DNA from: Tubiluchus corallicola
Taxonomy: Eukaryota; Animalia; Priapulida
Direction of reading: 5' to 3'
Length of the DNA stretch: 64,000 bases
NCBI GenBank assembly: GCA_030141605.1
Contig: JAQGDQ010000023.1
Span: 372,001 to 436,000 of the forward strand
Under the pieces are notes generated by a model that was not told the origin of the DNA, made no database searches, and was given only the letters and a program-made list of their open reading frames with translations. Shown here one piece after another: positions 1 to 12,149 of the stretch. Every line of letters begins with the position of its first letter. The first letter of the stretch is position 1. The position numbers and the translations under genes were made by a program.

Positions 1-1
1 G

Positions 2-2845
2 TTCAAGCTTGATGTGGACACTATGGACAGCCTTCTGTATTTTGCTGAGGACAGAAATGGAGTGAATTGTATTAGTATCGAGCTTCGTGATAAAAAAATT
101 GTTTTCAAATTTGGAGGTGGACAGAAAGAAGTAGTTCTGAGGAGTGTGAATGAGTTGTGTACAGGATGTTGGCTTGAAGTTTCACTATCTCGCTTTAAGT
201 TTCATGGCACTTTAACAATAACAAACCTAGAGAATAATAAAAAGGAAACTGTTGTTGAAGAATTGAACAATGAAAATGGAGAAATTAACATAACATCCCA
301 AATGTTTCTGGGAGGAATCCCATCAAACTACCAAACTGCAAAAAACACACCAAGAGAAAACTATGTTGGCTGCTTGTTTGGTTTGCGAATAGATGGATCG
401 CCTATCAGTCTGTTGCAGTCCAGCGCACCAATACCCATTCAGAATGATCCACAAATATGCTGCCCAAAACCTCCGGTAGTCGACATGATGTCCTGGAACA
501 AACCTAGGTGCACATCAGATGTCTGCAGAGATGCCATTCGTTTCAATGGAATAAATTCGTACGTTGAATTGGCATTCGCAGATGTGGAACTTGACATTGG
601 TTTAGACATTCTTGCAGAATTCTCCACATTTACCAGCAGTGCCCCATTGATTATAATTAAAGCTGATAATACCGGAGAGTATAAACTTTCCATGGCAGAG
701 GGTAGAGTCAGACTGGAGACAAAAGGTGGTAGTTCCAGAGGCATAACAATAAGTAGCTTAAACACCTACAACGATGGACAATATTATCAAGTAAAAGCTG
801 TTTACAATAGAAGTACTGCATTAATCGCTCTGTCCAGTCTGAATACATCACTGCCAGTAGAAGTAGAAAACGTGGTTGAACAAGTTAGAACATCTTTACC
901 ACAGTTTAGTGGTAGACTAAAATTCTTCCTAGGAGGAATGGGCGATAAAGAGGAGAAAAGTTATGCTGGTTGCTTAAGAAACGTCTTTTACAGGTCATCA
1001 GAAAGGAAGCCATTTCTGCCACAATCACTAAAATTAGCAGAATTTTTGAGCAGCAGTGGTGTTACTGAAGGTTGCAAATATCCAACTGAAGTAGGAATAA
1101 GCTTTGCTGAAGAAAGTTCATATATTGCCATTGACATCCATGATGCGAGCATTGGCATGCTACGGGAAGTTGGATTTTCATTGAAAACCCACGTTTCAAG
1201 TAGCTTATTGCTGTACACAGAAGACAATCGAAGGAACATAGCTTATATAGGCTTGTTTAATGGCGACATATTTATGCAGTTTGTTAGTGCTGGCATGAAT
1301 TTTGGCATTCCTATCCAAACCAGAGGACTAGAACTAAATGATAGACAATGGCATGAGGTACATATAGAGTTCAAGACAAATTTCCCAGTAATAATGGTAG
1401 ACAGTATTCGGTATGTTCAAAGAAACAGAGTTTTTCTACCTACAGCTCCAAGAGACACCCTAACAGTCTATATTGGAGGAGTTCCTGTTAACATATTTGT
1501 GCCAACACAATTGCCTAGTGCTTCTTTCTATAACGGAGACGCTGCAAATATCACGATAAATGGGCAAACGGTAGATATTAGTGAGCCCATGTTGATCACA
1601 AAAGCAGTAAATGTTGCTCTTAATGCTGTTAACAAACCAGAACTAGAGGAACCCGGACCAACCCTGACAACCGTAACACCGCCTGCAACATGTTCATTGC
1701 CAGAAATTGACCCAGAAACAGATGGAACAAAATTTGGAAATCAGCCAGAAAGTTTCATTAAATTCAATTCGGATTCGCTTAGCAGGAATGCTCTGGAAAC
1801 CATACTAGCCCTTTCGATGGATTTCCGTTCTTTAGCAGCGAATGGAATGATGTTCTACGCATCAGATTTGAAACGTTTTCCCCGTAATTTTATCGCGTTG
1901 TACATTGAAAAAGGGAGGCTGGTTTTCAGAATGCGTACATTACGAGGGGTGGAGTCTGTGCAAAGTACAAACAAATACGATGACGGTGAATGGAGAACAG
2001 TGGACATCTTTCGTACAAACAATTTTCTCATACTGTACATCACGGAACCAAATATGCCAGCAACTGACTATAATACTAATCAGATATCACAAGAATTTAC
2101 GCCTCTAAATATACAACTCGAGATCTATTTTGGTGGCATTCCACTTGACTTCAGCAATCAAATAATAGACGGAAATGCCCAACGAGCCTTTCAAGGTTGT
2201 TTAAGAAATATCAGATTTAAACAACCGACAGTAGTAAATTTTGATAATGAGGTGCCAAGTGAAATGATGGGCACAAGCAACTGTACAGTGAACGAAACAA
2301 CTGGTCTGTATTTTGCAGGCAGTGGAACATCAGTTGTATCAACAACATTCAGCATCGGAACCAGCCTGTCACTCAGTCTCATCATACAACCACAAAATAC
2401 CACAACAGGCTTGCTTATGGCTATGATAGGTCCACCAAGAAGCTTTTTCATTCTCAGGACTGTGGAAGGAAATGTGAATTTACTAATCAGCAACAACTTT
2501 CAGGAACCCTACAACATAACAGTGAATCTACCAGAAAACTACCTATGCAATGGAGACCGACACAGCATTGCTATGCTGCTAGATATTCAGCTAGTTACGT
2601 TGACAGTTGATTCAGATTTGCACGAATTAAAACTTGACAGAGGTTTATCAATTGACAACACACCCAGAAACTTGTACCTTGGTGGTGTGCCATCTAGTGT
2701 AACAAAAGACAATCTTCCGGTTGACAGTATTCAAGGATTCACAGGTTGTGTCAGTCGATTACGCATAAATGAACAGCAGATAGATTTATACTCAATGACA
2801 AGAGAAGAAGTAAACTTGGGATGTCCACCGGTCACTAGAACTTGA
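2..2845 (+). CDS. Laminin subunit alpha-like protein, C-terminal LG (laminin G) region: partial LG1 to LG5; 5' incomplete
   Basis: The frame is open from position 2 (FKLDVDTMDSLLYF...) to TGA at 2843-2845 with no intron. Repeated LamG hallmarks (LLYF/LLLY/MMFY; NDGQYY/NDRQWH/DDGEWR/CNGDRH; FLGG/YIGG/YFGG/YLGG; YVGC/YAGC/FQGC/FTGC). A Pro/Thr-rich hinge (PGPTLTTVTPPATC) lies between LG3 and LG4 and the chain ends ...LGCP, as in laminin alpha chains. Confidence 0.85.
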   Translation, partial: FKLDVDTMDSLLYFAEDRNGVNCISIELRDKKIVFKFGGGQKEVVLRSVNELCTGCWLEVSLSRFKFHGTLTITNLENNKKETVVEELNNENGEINITSQMFLGGIPSNYQTAKNTPRENYVGCLFGLRIDGSPISLLQSSAPIPIQNDPQICCPKPPVVDMMSWNKPRCTSDVCRDAIRFNGINSYVELAFADVELDIGLDILAEFSTFTSSAPLIIIKADNTGEYKLSMAEGRVRLETKGGSSRGITISSLNTYNDGQYYQVKAVYNRSTALIALSSLNTSLPVEVENVVEQVRTSLPQFSGRLKFFLGGMGDKEEKSYAGCLRNVFYRSSERKPFLPQSLKLAEFLSSSGVTEGCKYPTEVGISFAEESSYIAIDIHDASIGMLREVGFSLKTHVSSSLLLYTEDNRRNIAYIGLFNGDIFMQFVSAGMNFGIPIQTRGLELNDRQWHEVHIEFKTNFPVIMVDSIRYVQRNRVFLPTAPRDTLTVYIGGVPVNIFVPTQLPSASFYNGDAANITINGQTVDISEPMLITKAVNVALNAVNKPELEEPGPTLTTVTPPATCSLPEIDPETDGTKFGNQPESFIKFNSDSLSRNALETILALSMDFRSLAANGMMFYASDLKRFPRNFIALYIEKGRLVFRMRTLRGVESVQSTNKYDDGEWRTVDIFRTNNFLILYITEPNMPATDYNTNQISQEFTPLNIQLEIYFGGIPLDFSNQIIDGNAQRAFQGCLRNIRFKQPTVVNFDNEVPSEMMGTSNCTVNETTGLYFAGSGTSVVSTTFSIGTSLSLSLIIQPQNTTTGLLMAMIGPPRSFFILRTVEGNVNLLISNNFQEPYNITVNLPENYLCNGDRHSIAMLLDIQLVTLTVDSDLHELKLDRGLSIDNTPRNLYLGGVPSSVTKDNLPVDSIQGFTGCVSRLRINEQQIDLYSMTREEVNLGCPPVTRT

Positions 2846-4112
2846 TGTGTTTCTGCACAAGGCCACAATATTTATAGGGAACCATTGCAGCAACAAGTGA
2901 AGCCCGAAAGGTTCATTGTCTTTGAAAATCAAGCAAACGGTACTAAGTACTGATGTACAGAAGTATGAAATTACAATGTCAATAGAAGTAGCTAAAACCA
3001 AAAGGCAAAGCAAAGAGGCAGTATTGTACACAAAATCATTTCCATTCATCACGAGCAATGACAAAGGCTATTCATAAGTCAAACAACAATTGAAAAACAG
3101 CCACTAACATGTTCAATAGTTTCGGAAAAGTTTGATGGCAATCTGACTTGTGTAAGAGTCTGATATTTTTATTTTTAAGCTAATATTTACCCAAACAGAT
3201 TCAGTTTTGTCGGCAAACGTTACGTATGAATAAATTTCAAGATCAACAGTAAACATGATTGGATCCCTACAGTCAAGCAATAGTAATGCCAGAGAATAAA
3301 GAAGAATATGGAAGAATTCCAACATGCAGAAATTATAAAACACATGTAATACATAGCAAAGTGTCTATCATGCTAGGACATAAATAAACTGCCTGGATAT
3401 ATATGCTTTCACAACTCCAAAGTAACTAGCAAAGTAAACAATTTCTGCAGGACCTAGTAATTCTCGTAAGTGACTTTCCAAGTTATCACTTCAGAAAATG
3501 TCTCAGAACTACATTAACATATGCCTGCAAACAGCTAAATTGTTGTCAATAACTCTAGGAATATCGCAAAGATACGAGACCAAAATGGAAGTTGAAAAGA
3601 ACTTATGATGTCAAACATCAAACTACGATGTAGCACAAAGCTGATCTAAACGAATGAGTTCACTTTAGTAATTTTCGAAACAATTTATGACTATTTTGTT
3701 TTGTAGCATGAAATACAAGTGTAGTTAAGGTAAAGGTGTAGTCATATTTTTGAAATGTACAGATTACAACTGCATGCATTCTCATAAACAACTAATTTTT
3801 GCAGGCCGGGGGGCCAAGGCACTATGCATTATCTCTAGGTAAACGCTTGCCTAATCAACAAATCCTCTACTGTCAACTAGACACTGGCACAGTTTTGAGG
3901 TCTTAGCTCGGACAACATCCTTCAGAAATCAAACTGAAGATCAAAGTATGCTTGTATCAGAATGTAAATAGTTGTTCAACCAACGGCTCTAGTAGTAGTA
4001 ACTTGTATCACCAGGTTATTCATATGAACATGTAGCAACTTGCACTATTTACAGCTACACCAATATTTCGTACAATATGAAATGAAATCAGTAAAAATAA
4101 ACAAATTTTTAC

Positions 4113-7100
4113 CTCTTCTTTTATGTCTTGTGGAAGCGGTGCAGATGCAGATATTTCACCATTGTCCTCAGCATCACCTTCCTGAAAATATAGTTATAGG
4201 GTTAATTAGTCTGCAGTTTGATGCAACTCGTTTAATCTTTACTGACTAGTACAAGAATAATTTGATGAGTTCAAAACACCCCCAGTACCAACTTTTTGTT
4301 TTAATCAGAATTAAAATTTGTTCATTAAAAACTTTTGTAGAACTTTTGTACACAGCATTTATAATTTAGGTTCTACAATCTGTTCTCTGATATCACATTG
4401 CATATGCAGACCTGCATCCAGAATTTGGATCCCTAATTTTAGAGGCATAATTTAAAACCCTAGTTTGGAAAGAACGACAGCAGTGAGAACTCTCGTCTAT
4501 GAAAGGACAAGTCTCCAGGAGTGTACCGGGGCAGCACAACAAGATTTTATGTTGACTCAAAAAAAATCGACTATCATGACACATAAAGTTAGTTATAACC
4601 CAGATATATAGTTTGACTTTGATGAGAAAAGTTCTGCTTCTTAAAAGCCAATTTTATTAAGCCACTAAAACAAACAGTAGCAACCAAGCTCACAAACTAA
4701 TAGAAAATGAGTTAAATGTTATATATTTTTATGTAGCAACTAGTTAAATAAAGAAAAGTAAAAGCAAAAAAAAATGTGCTGAAAGGTGCACCTTAGCTCG
4801 TGCTCTTAGATTGTGGGTGCCATGGTCGTAAACACCAAAGACCCGACACCGAGTATTGAGCACTTCTGTTGCATATGTAGCTGCCACGTTAATGCGTGTC
4901 CAAATTGTGGATATCAAGGAATGTCAGGCATTCAAGCTTGTCAATATAGTCATCAACGTAATATTTCAGTGTTTAACTTTGACTAATAAAAGATGCTAAA
5001 AATGTTAATATTTTTGTGATCTTTTCTTTAGACTTAAAATGGTTTTCGATATTATTAACAGCACAGGTCATACTATAGTTTTGTACAAATTCCATACCCA
5101 CTCATAATCTCATAACTAGCTTGATCTACAGCCGTACCAACACTGCTCTTTTACTCAGTTAGCTGTCATCCAACCATTTGTCTGCTACAGGCTTCAAGCT
5201 GTCATTACCAGAATATACACAGTTTACTCCAGTACCAGCATGGAAAAATGCTGTTTTTGAAAATTTTGTAACCTCGATATAACGATAAGAAATAGAATGT
5301 TATGCAGTCTAATTCTTTCATGTCAGTTTAATGCCTAATCATAAAAAACTAACTAATTAACTATCTTAAGTTAAAAATAATATTCTACTCACTACTAGTG
5401 CTAGCATTTTGTTTTGCTCCAAATTTCTCATATATTTCTCGATAGTCAAGGCCGGGTCATTTTTAGGAGCTAGGTAGTTTTGAACATAACTGTTCCCGCT
5501 TGGATCATCTAGAACCTATACACAGACAACAGCTCTTAGTTAAAATATTTATAAAATTTTTATTTGGCACAGTTTTGGCTGAGTTGGTAAAACATTCACG
5601 TTTTGTGTAAATGATGCAGGTTCGATATCTAGGCCATATCATTCATAAACCTTGACTGAAACACCTCTACTAGTCCAGTGGCTCATCTTAGAGGGATATT
5701 CTTGATAATGAATCAGGCTCGACTCACACTACAAACAGCTCTTTGAGTAGGCCCTACCTATGAGTGAATACCAACATGGAGTACGCCAAAGTATACAAAA
5801 AAATATTGCACTCGGGAGAAAAATTTAAAAAATTTCAAAAAACACTTTTTTGGTTATAGATGGCCATGACAGAAGTTTTATCTAAAAGTAGTGCACAGTT
5901 TTTGCGCAATCAGGTATCAATAATTATCGACTGACATAAATGCAACACTTGTAAAGTCATCTACAGCCTTACTTCCAATCATGAGATACTGAAATTTATT
6001 GGTCACTAAGTCCTGACTAATTACAAATAACGAATAAATTATTCCAAAAAAGAATGACAGTACCTTGTTTCTGCTACAGAAGCAAACAGAGACAACATCG
6101 AAACAGGCAAAAATTCTTGTTCACATTTTTTGGCACTTTTGCTTTTCCATCAACTATAATAACTCAGAACAATAACTGATTGTTCCGAATGACTACTTTT
6201 TGTAGGATTCCAACTTTGACTTATTCATTAGTGCCAGTTTTACCAAAGTCAAGCCAGTAGATGAAGTTTGGCACATAATATTTAGGAAATAGTCAGTCTT
6301 TAGCATCAACCTATGTGAGTCATGGAGTCATGATTTTTATTTTATTTAGTTTACAATTGGCAGATTGAACATTTACAAAAAGATACTAATTAACAAACTG
6401 CTATAAAATGCGTAATATGACCAAACTAAAAATGTGGCCACACCATGTGGTACAAAACTATTTTTATATCTAGTAGTGTAACAAAGATATAGTCCAAACA
6501 AATTGCAGATACTCGTGTTAACATTTTCAGTTTGAAAATTCCGGCCTTCTGTACAAATACACCTTGTTACATACCAAAGTAAATGGAACACTTTTCCGAC
6601 AATAATCTTCTAGTTTCGAAATGACATTGTCAAGTTGTTCAGCTAAAGATTTGTCAAGAGCCTAAAACAAGTACATGAGCTAGTTAATGGCAGTCTAATT
6701 ACTGACTAATTAATTGTCATAATAGCTCACCTCTTTCACAGAAGAGAATGCAAGTAGATGATGAAATAAGCGCTATCTGGTGGGACACACACACCTTCAT
6801 ATGAATGTAAACATTTCTAGTTACGTTAATTAAGTATTAGTGAAATTTAGGACACTGTTAGAACAAAATACCATTGTCATCACATAAAAACAAATGGAAA
6901 AAGAATGAATGATTTGTCTTCCTTTATTATATACCTCAGTCAAACTTTCCAGCATGCCAGGAAAGCTGCTATTTTTGTGTTTATAACCAAGTGAAAAGCT
7001 AAAGGTCTCTAGAGATATATGCTAAACTGATTTAGAGACCTCCCCCTCGCCCGTGGGCTGACTTTATTTCTACTATGTAAGCTGCCAGTCAAAACTAAAG

Positions 7101-10100
7101 CATCTTAGCTAACTAGCTTTACATTGAAGAAATACCAGCTTATCAATTACTCAGTAGTTAGTTAAAATCACCTGGTAAGCACAGCCCATTTCTACACACA
7201 AGCTTACATATTTAAGTGTCAAATAAATTTAATCAAAATATCTCTGCTCCATTATAGATACAACCGAAAATTATATTAGCTAATATTGAAGCAGCAACTT
7301 GTATAGAAACCATGCGATCCTAAGATTCAACAATACATATCAATAACAAGATTTACATAAGATTAGTATCTGTCAATTAAAATATTGAATTAATATTGTT
7401 AACATTGCCATCATCATCATCATCATCATAATTCAAATCATGTATACATTAATAGTAACATACAGCGAGTCTGGAAAAACTAATATAAAGCCACAGCGTC
7501 AAATTAAAAGCAAAACTAAAATACACACAAGACATGCAATGTTGTTTACAAAAATTAGAAGAATCCAAGATAGATAATAATAAATCAAGTGAACAGAGCC
7601 AATGACAGAGAAAATATTTTTGTAATGCTGACCATAACAACAGAAACCACAGATGATAAAATATCAATTTAATTTTTACTAACCCTTCTTACAGGTTGTT
7701 GCTGTTGTAATCCACTAATTGCCCTCTCCAATATGCCTTCAACAGTGGTCAAAGCTAGATAATATAGGGCATAACATTTAGAAAAGTACAGGCATCAACT
7801 AACAAAATTAAAATTTTCCAAGTATCTTTCTAAAAAACGTAAACACTATTGATAACAATTCCTGATGCTAACCCAACAAAATTAAAAGTTTAAGTGTGTA
7901 ATATTAAGAGCTAGCTATATGTTAATCGTTCCTTTTCTTCTTTTTGATTACTTGCTTTTTGTTCGGAATAAAACTTAAACAGCTTCACTATCAAATCATG
8001 CTGTTAAGCCTTTCAAAACTTTTTTGATACATTATAGTCATACACTTACAAAAATGGCTAGTTACTTTTGAGTTTTGACTTACCCTGTAGGTACCTTATG
8101 ATGGTTTGTTTTTTCTGCTGATAATGGTAGTAGGTAGTTGTTAAAACATGTTAAAACAAATATACAACAGTTTCATTATTGCATATTTACGCTATTCACT
8201 AAGTATGTACGAATTAAAAATTCATTGTTATGCAGTCTAATAAATTATACTACGAAAAAATCGACCACCGACAAGCTGACTAACACCACTAACTATCTAT
8301 TTTTAGTTGGCCACAATGTCACAGTTCAAGTCAAACACCTAGCGTTTGGTTCTCGTGCTGTTGTCTATAGGTCTCAGCCAGAAATTTAAGTGCAACAAAA
8401 ATTTATTGTTTTTGATTCCTTGTTTTCAAGGAACAGCATGTATTTTGTACAGTCATTATGACACAGTGGCATAACGCGGACAGTGGTGTGCGGGCCGTAC
8501 AGGGCGGCCAATACTTTCTGCTAATAAGGCCAGCAATAAAAATATTTCTGTTGCCATCTAGTTGCCTGGGGCAATTTATTTTTATACCACACCCGGCCTC
8601 AAATTTTATATTGCAGTCATATAAAGGCATATTTTTAATTTGAAACGTAAAACACAATAATTATTATAACATCATTGTTTCAGGCGCAGCCATGTTCCTC
8701 TACAACTAACTCTCAGCATTTCTCGTGGAATTGGTGCTCCGTGGTCTTCCTGATTTGATTGCAAATTTTGGTTTACATGATTAAATATCTTTCATATACG
8801 TGTGTATGTAGCGGCCGAACGCATATTACATTTAAGGAAGGAGGCAGTCAATTTGGCTATAGCACAGGGTGGCCAAACCCTTGCTATGATAAAAACAGTA
8901 CTTTTCTAAAACTCTGTCAATTGGAAATTCTAACTTATAGATAAAAAAGGTATAACAGCCACCGAAAAGCATGATCCATTAATTGTACATTATCACTCGA
9001 ATAGAAATCAGTTGGCCATTTCAGCATTATCTTCATGCCATCCACAACAAAATAGATGTTGCATTTTATTAAGAGACTCTAGGCCTATTTAATTTTACTA
9101 AAGCTATCAGGTCTAAGTGGCAGTCCTCTATTTTTCATTTGTATTTTACAGTTTCAGGCCTTTCATTATTAATACCAATTGCATTATTATCAAATTATGT
9201 ATTTAGAGCAGCAATAAAGTTTACATACTTCTTTCCTGATACAATGTGGAATATCCAAATTAATTTCTACTCGAATGCTACCATACAATGAAGGGACAAT
9301 ATTTTTGGTGCTGTTGCAGGTATTTTGTTGTTAAAACTGTTTTGAAATACTAACCGCCTTTTTGAGTATTTGGAGGTATCTCAAAAGAAATTTCAGGTAT
9401 TTGAACAGTACAATAATCGGTCCTCACAATTTGGCGATTTAAGTCCTATAATAGAAAATGTAAAGACAAAGCATCAGAAGTCAATATAAAAAAATTAAAG
9501 AGCTCATGCAATATTTTCTATTAGAATTTAAACTTGACATCTTGCCAAAAAAGAACTACAGCTTAGTTTAGAAATTAAAGAAAAATGACACCAGATAAAA
9601 ATACATGTTTAAAAATATGATGCATCGTGTTTTTACGTATACATCACTATTTTATATATCATGTTATTTTGTTATGTTATGTTGTATAATATAACAATGT
9701 TTTGTTTGTTAGTATTTCAATGAGATTCCAAATAAGTTATTAAAAGCTTATGTATTTCATTAATATAAAATCTGCACACAAGGTTTTTTTTTGTTAAAAA
9801 TCAAACAAATCCTAGAGGAAGAATTTAAATACTCAAAACAAAAATGGCAAAGCAATTAAATTTTACTGACTAATTGATAATCATAATGTTTTAGCAAAAC
9901 CTTTTCATTCTGAATATTAACTGTGATCCGAATTCCATAGTCTTGTATCCTGCCACCTGACTGAATCTCATTGTTTGAATAACCACAATGAGGACAGGAA
10001 AACGAACTAACAATCACGTCTTTAAAATGCGGTATTCGAGTCAAAAGAAGACGAGTGACACCCTGCAATGTACAAGATAATTTTGAAGATAATCTCAAAG

Positions 10101-11306
10101 ATTAGCAATTACAAATTGATGTATTTAACAAGCAAGGTTGAACTTGTAAAACAACCACATGTTCTAATTAGTTTGAACCTCTTCATGATAAACCAATACA
10201 AAGATTTCTAACTGTTGGGCGCCGAGTAACCCACTAGCCGAAGTAGGACAATTGGCCTACATGGACTAGCCCAAGTAGGATGCGTCGTACACGGGTTAGC
10301 CCAAGTAGGCCGTGTCGTACATGGGCTGCCCAAGTAGGACACTAGCGATAGGTCGCGAATTGAGTTGTTAAGCGTCCGTTGTCTTGTTTATGTAATAATA
10401 ATAATAATTAAAAACGTCAATACACGTCGAATAATTTATTATACATCTGATGAAATAAAAGAATTTTATTCTGAGCTGGTTGAACGGACAATATTAAGTT
10501 TGGCTTCGATATTAATATTGTTGAAGTGAAATAAAACCACTTTTTAGGCGATTTCGACATTTGTTTAAGGTATATCATTTTTTATTTTGTCTCGCTGCAC
10601 AGACAGGTGATCCGTTTCACTACTTGTTGGACAAATAAGTGTTTTCTAATAAGTAAATGTTCTAGCGACCTAGGTGCCTTACATGGGCTAGCAAGCCATG
10701 TAAGACAGTTCCCTGCATGTTACAATATTATTGATATTATTAAAACTAATTGTCTTTGCTATTTCTAAAAAGTTAACAATTACCTTTTGGTGTTGTGAAG
10801 GCTTAGCAGCATCTCTCTAATTTTTAAACTTGCAATTATTTCTGTAATAAATGTGTGCATAGTACTGTTTCTCTCTTTAAAGCATTATAAGCATTAGATA
10901 CTTTAGTTTAATATGATGATTTTAATGGAGCTAATAATACTATTGATGATACTATTGTAAAAAACACGTTAATTTTGTAAATAGTCATCCATCATTATTA
11001 TAAAGTTAATTTTTCTGTAAAAGAAATTATGTCATCATAATTATTGATTCTTGACAAAAATCACCAGTGCTTTACTTGGGCTGCCCATGTACGACACTAC
11101 TTTTCTGCAAATTTAGCACATGCACTTTACCGGAAGTGTCCTACTTCGGCTAATGGGTTACTCGGCGCCCTACACTAACTTGTGACCAAACATATTACGT
11201 TTTCTTCACAGTTCACGCAAAGGCTCTCAATCTCAGAAATTCCAGTATCTTCCTGGTCTGCACTAAGTTCCTTAAAGACAGGATGCGCTTTAACATCTCC
11301 TTCCAT
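4113..11306 (-). CDS. ZPR1: Zinc finger protein ZPR1, first 7 coding exons (237 aa); 3' part lies outside the window
   Basis: Minus-strand exons 11199-11306, 9901-10062, 9355-9445, 7684-7754, 6575-6661, 5393-5515 and 4113-4181, all GT-AG and phase-compatible. Translation includes [67 protein letters not shown] and VLDDPSGNSYVQN (ZPR1 zinc finger 1 plus domain A), then the linker ending ...QDIKEE. Confidence 0.95.
5572..5800 (+). mobile_element. tRNA-derived SINE-like element in a ZPR1 intron
   Basis: Pol III A-box-like TGGCTGAGTTGG and B-box-like GGTTCGATATC with tRNA-like spacing, then a non-tRNA body and an A-rich end. Boundaries are approximate. Confidence 0.45.
10213..11174. mobile_element. 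Non-autonomous DNA transposon with TGT...ACA ends (Ginger-like), in ZPR1 coding intron 1
   Basis: 38-bp TIRs (TGTTGGGCGCCGAGTAACCCACTAGCCGAAGTAGGACA and its near-perfect inverse, 2 mismatches), a 5-bp TSD CTAAC at 10208-10212 and 11175-11179, and ~30-bp subterminal repeats containing GCCCAAGTAGG. Confidence 0.8.
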
Positions 11307-12149
11307 TATTATGCTGTTTGTCTGTCAACCCTGAAACAAATTTGATTTTCTTTAAAAATAACATTTTATCAATTACAGGTAGTCCGGTACAATTATGTGC
11401 TATAATAAACACTGCCATTCGTGTGGTACATAATAGCTTCTGATAGGTCGCACACGTCGGATCAACTTTTCCCAGTCGCACATCTTTTTGCCTTTTGCTT
11501 GATGCCCATCTATTTTGGATTTATCCGAAAGGTCGACCATTTTGGAAGACCGGGCAGCCTTCTCCGGTAGTCCGATCAACGGCAGGGGAGTTAAAACTAT
11601 ACCGGTAGCCTACCAAAAATGTCAATATAAATACTTACTATTTAATAGAAAAGATCTGCATTGACTAGAAGAACATACAGCTGTTAATCAGGCCAACATT
11701 ACTACCTTCCTCAAAACAGCTAGAGCACTGCAAAAAGACTTTGTTCTACTTCTAAACAATGCCCGAAGTAGTCAAAATGACAAATGTCCCCTATGACAAA
11801 AAGCATAACGGATAATTGCATTTTCTGAGAATGTGCATGCGGGACGAATAATTGATCGACATAAGTAATAGACGAACTCTTCAAAAAATTACTCCAGGGC
11901 CCAAGGCAAGCTATACCTATACTTCTAAGATTACTGCACCCCATAAGGCGTCTTAATTGAAAAAAACGTTAATGTAAACAAACATTTGCGCAAAGATTGC
12001 AAACAATTATTTAATGTAAATAAGCAATATCAATGACTAAGGTAGTGCAACTTGCAAGTTTCTGTACAAAACCATAATTGCGATTGCGATACTCGACTCT
12101 CTCCACCTATCAGAGGCGGGCACCTTTATAGGGTGCAAAGTCTTTTCTT

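Noticed and set aside
439-2496. Antisense ORFs within the laminin CDS as overlapping genes or ZPR1 exons
   Set aside because: No recognisable motifs and no ZPR1 similarity; expected shadow ORFs of a long coding exon.
3890-3930. Second hammerhead-like motif on the minus strand
   Set aside because: The core reads CTGAAGGA, lacks GAAA and has no convincing stem II.
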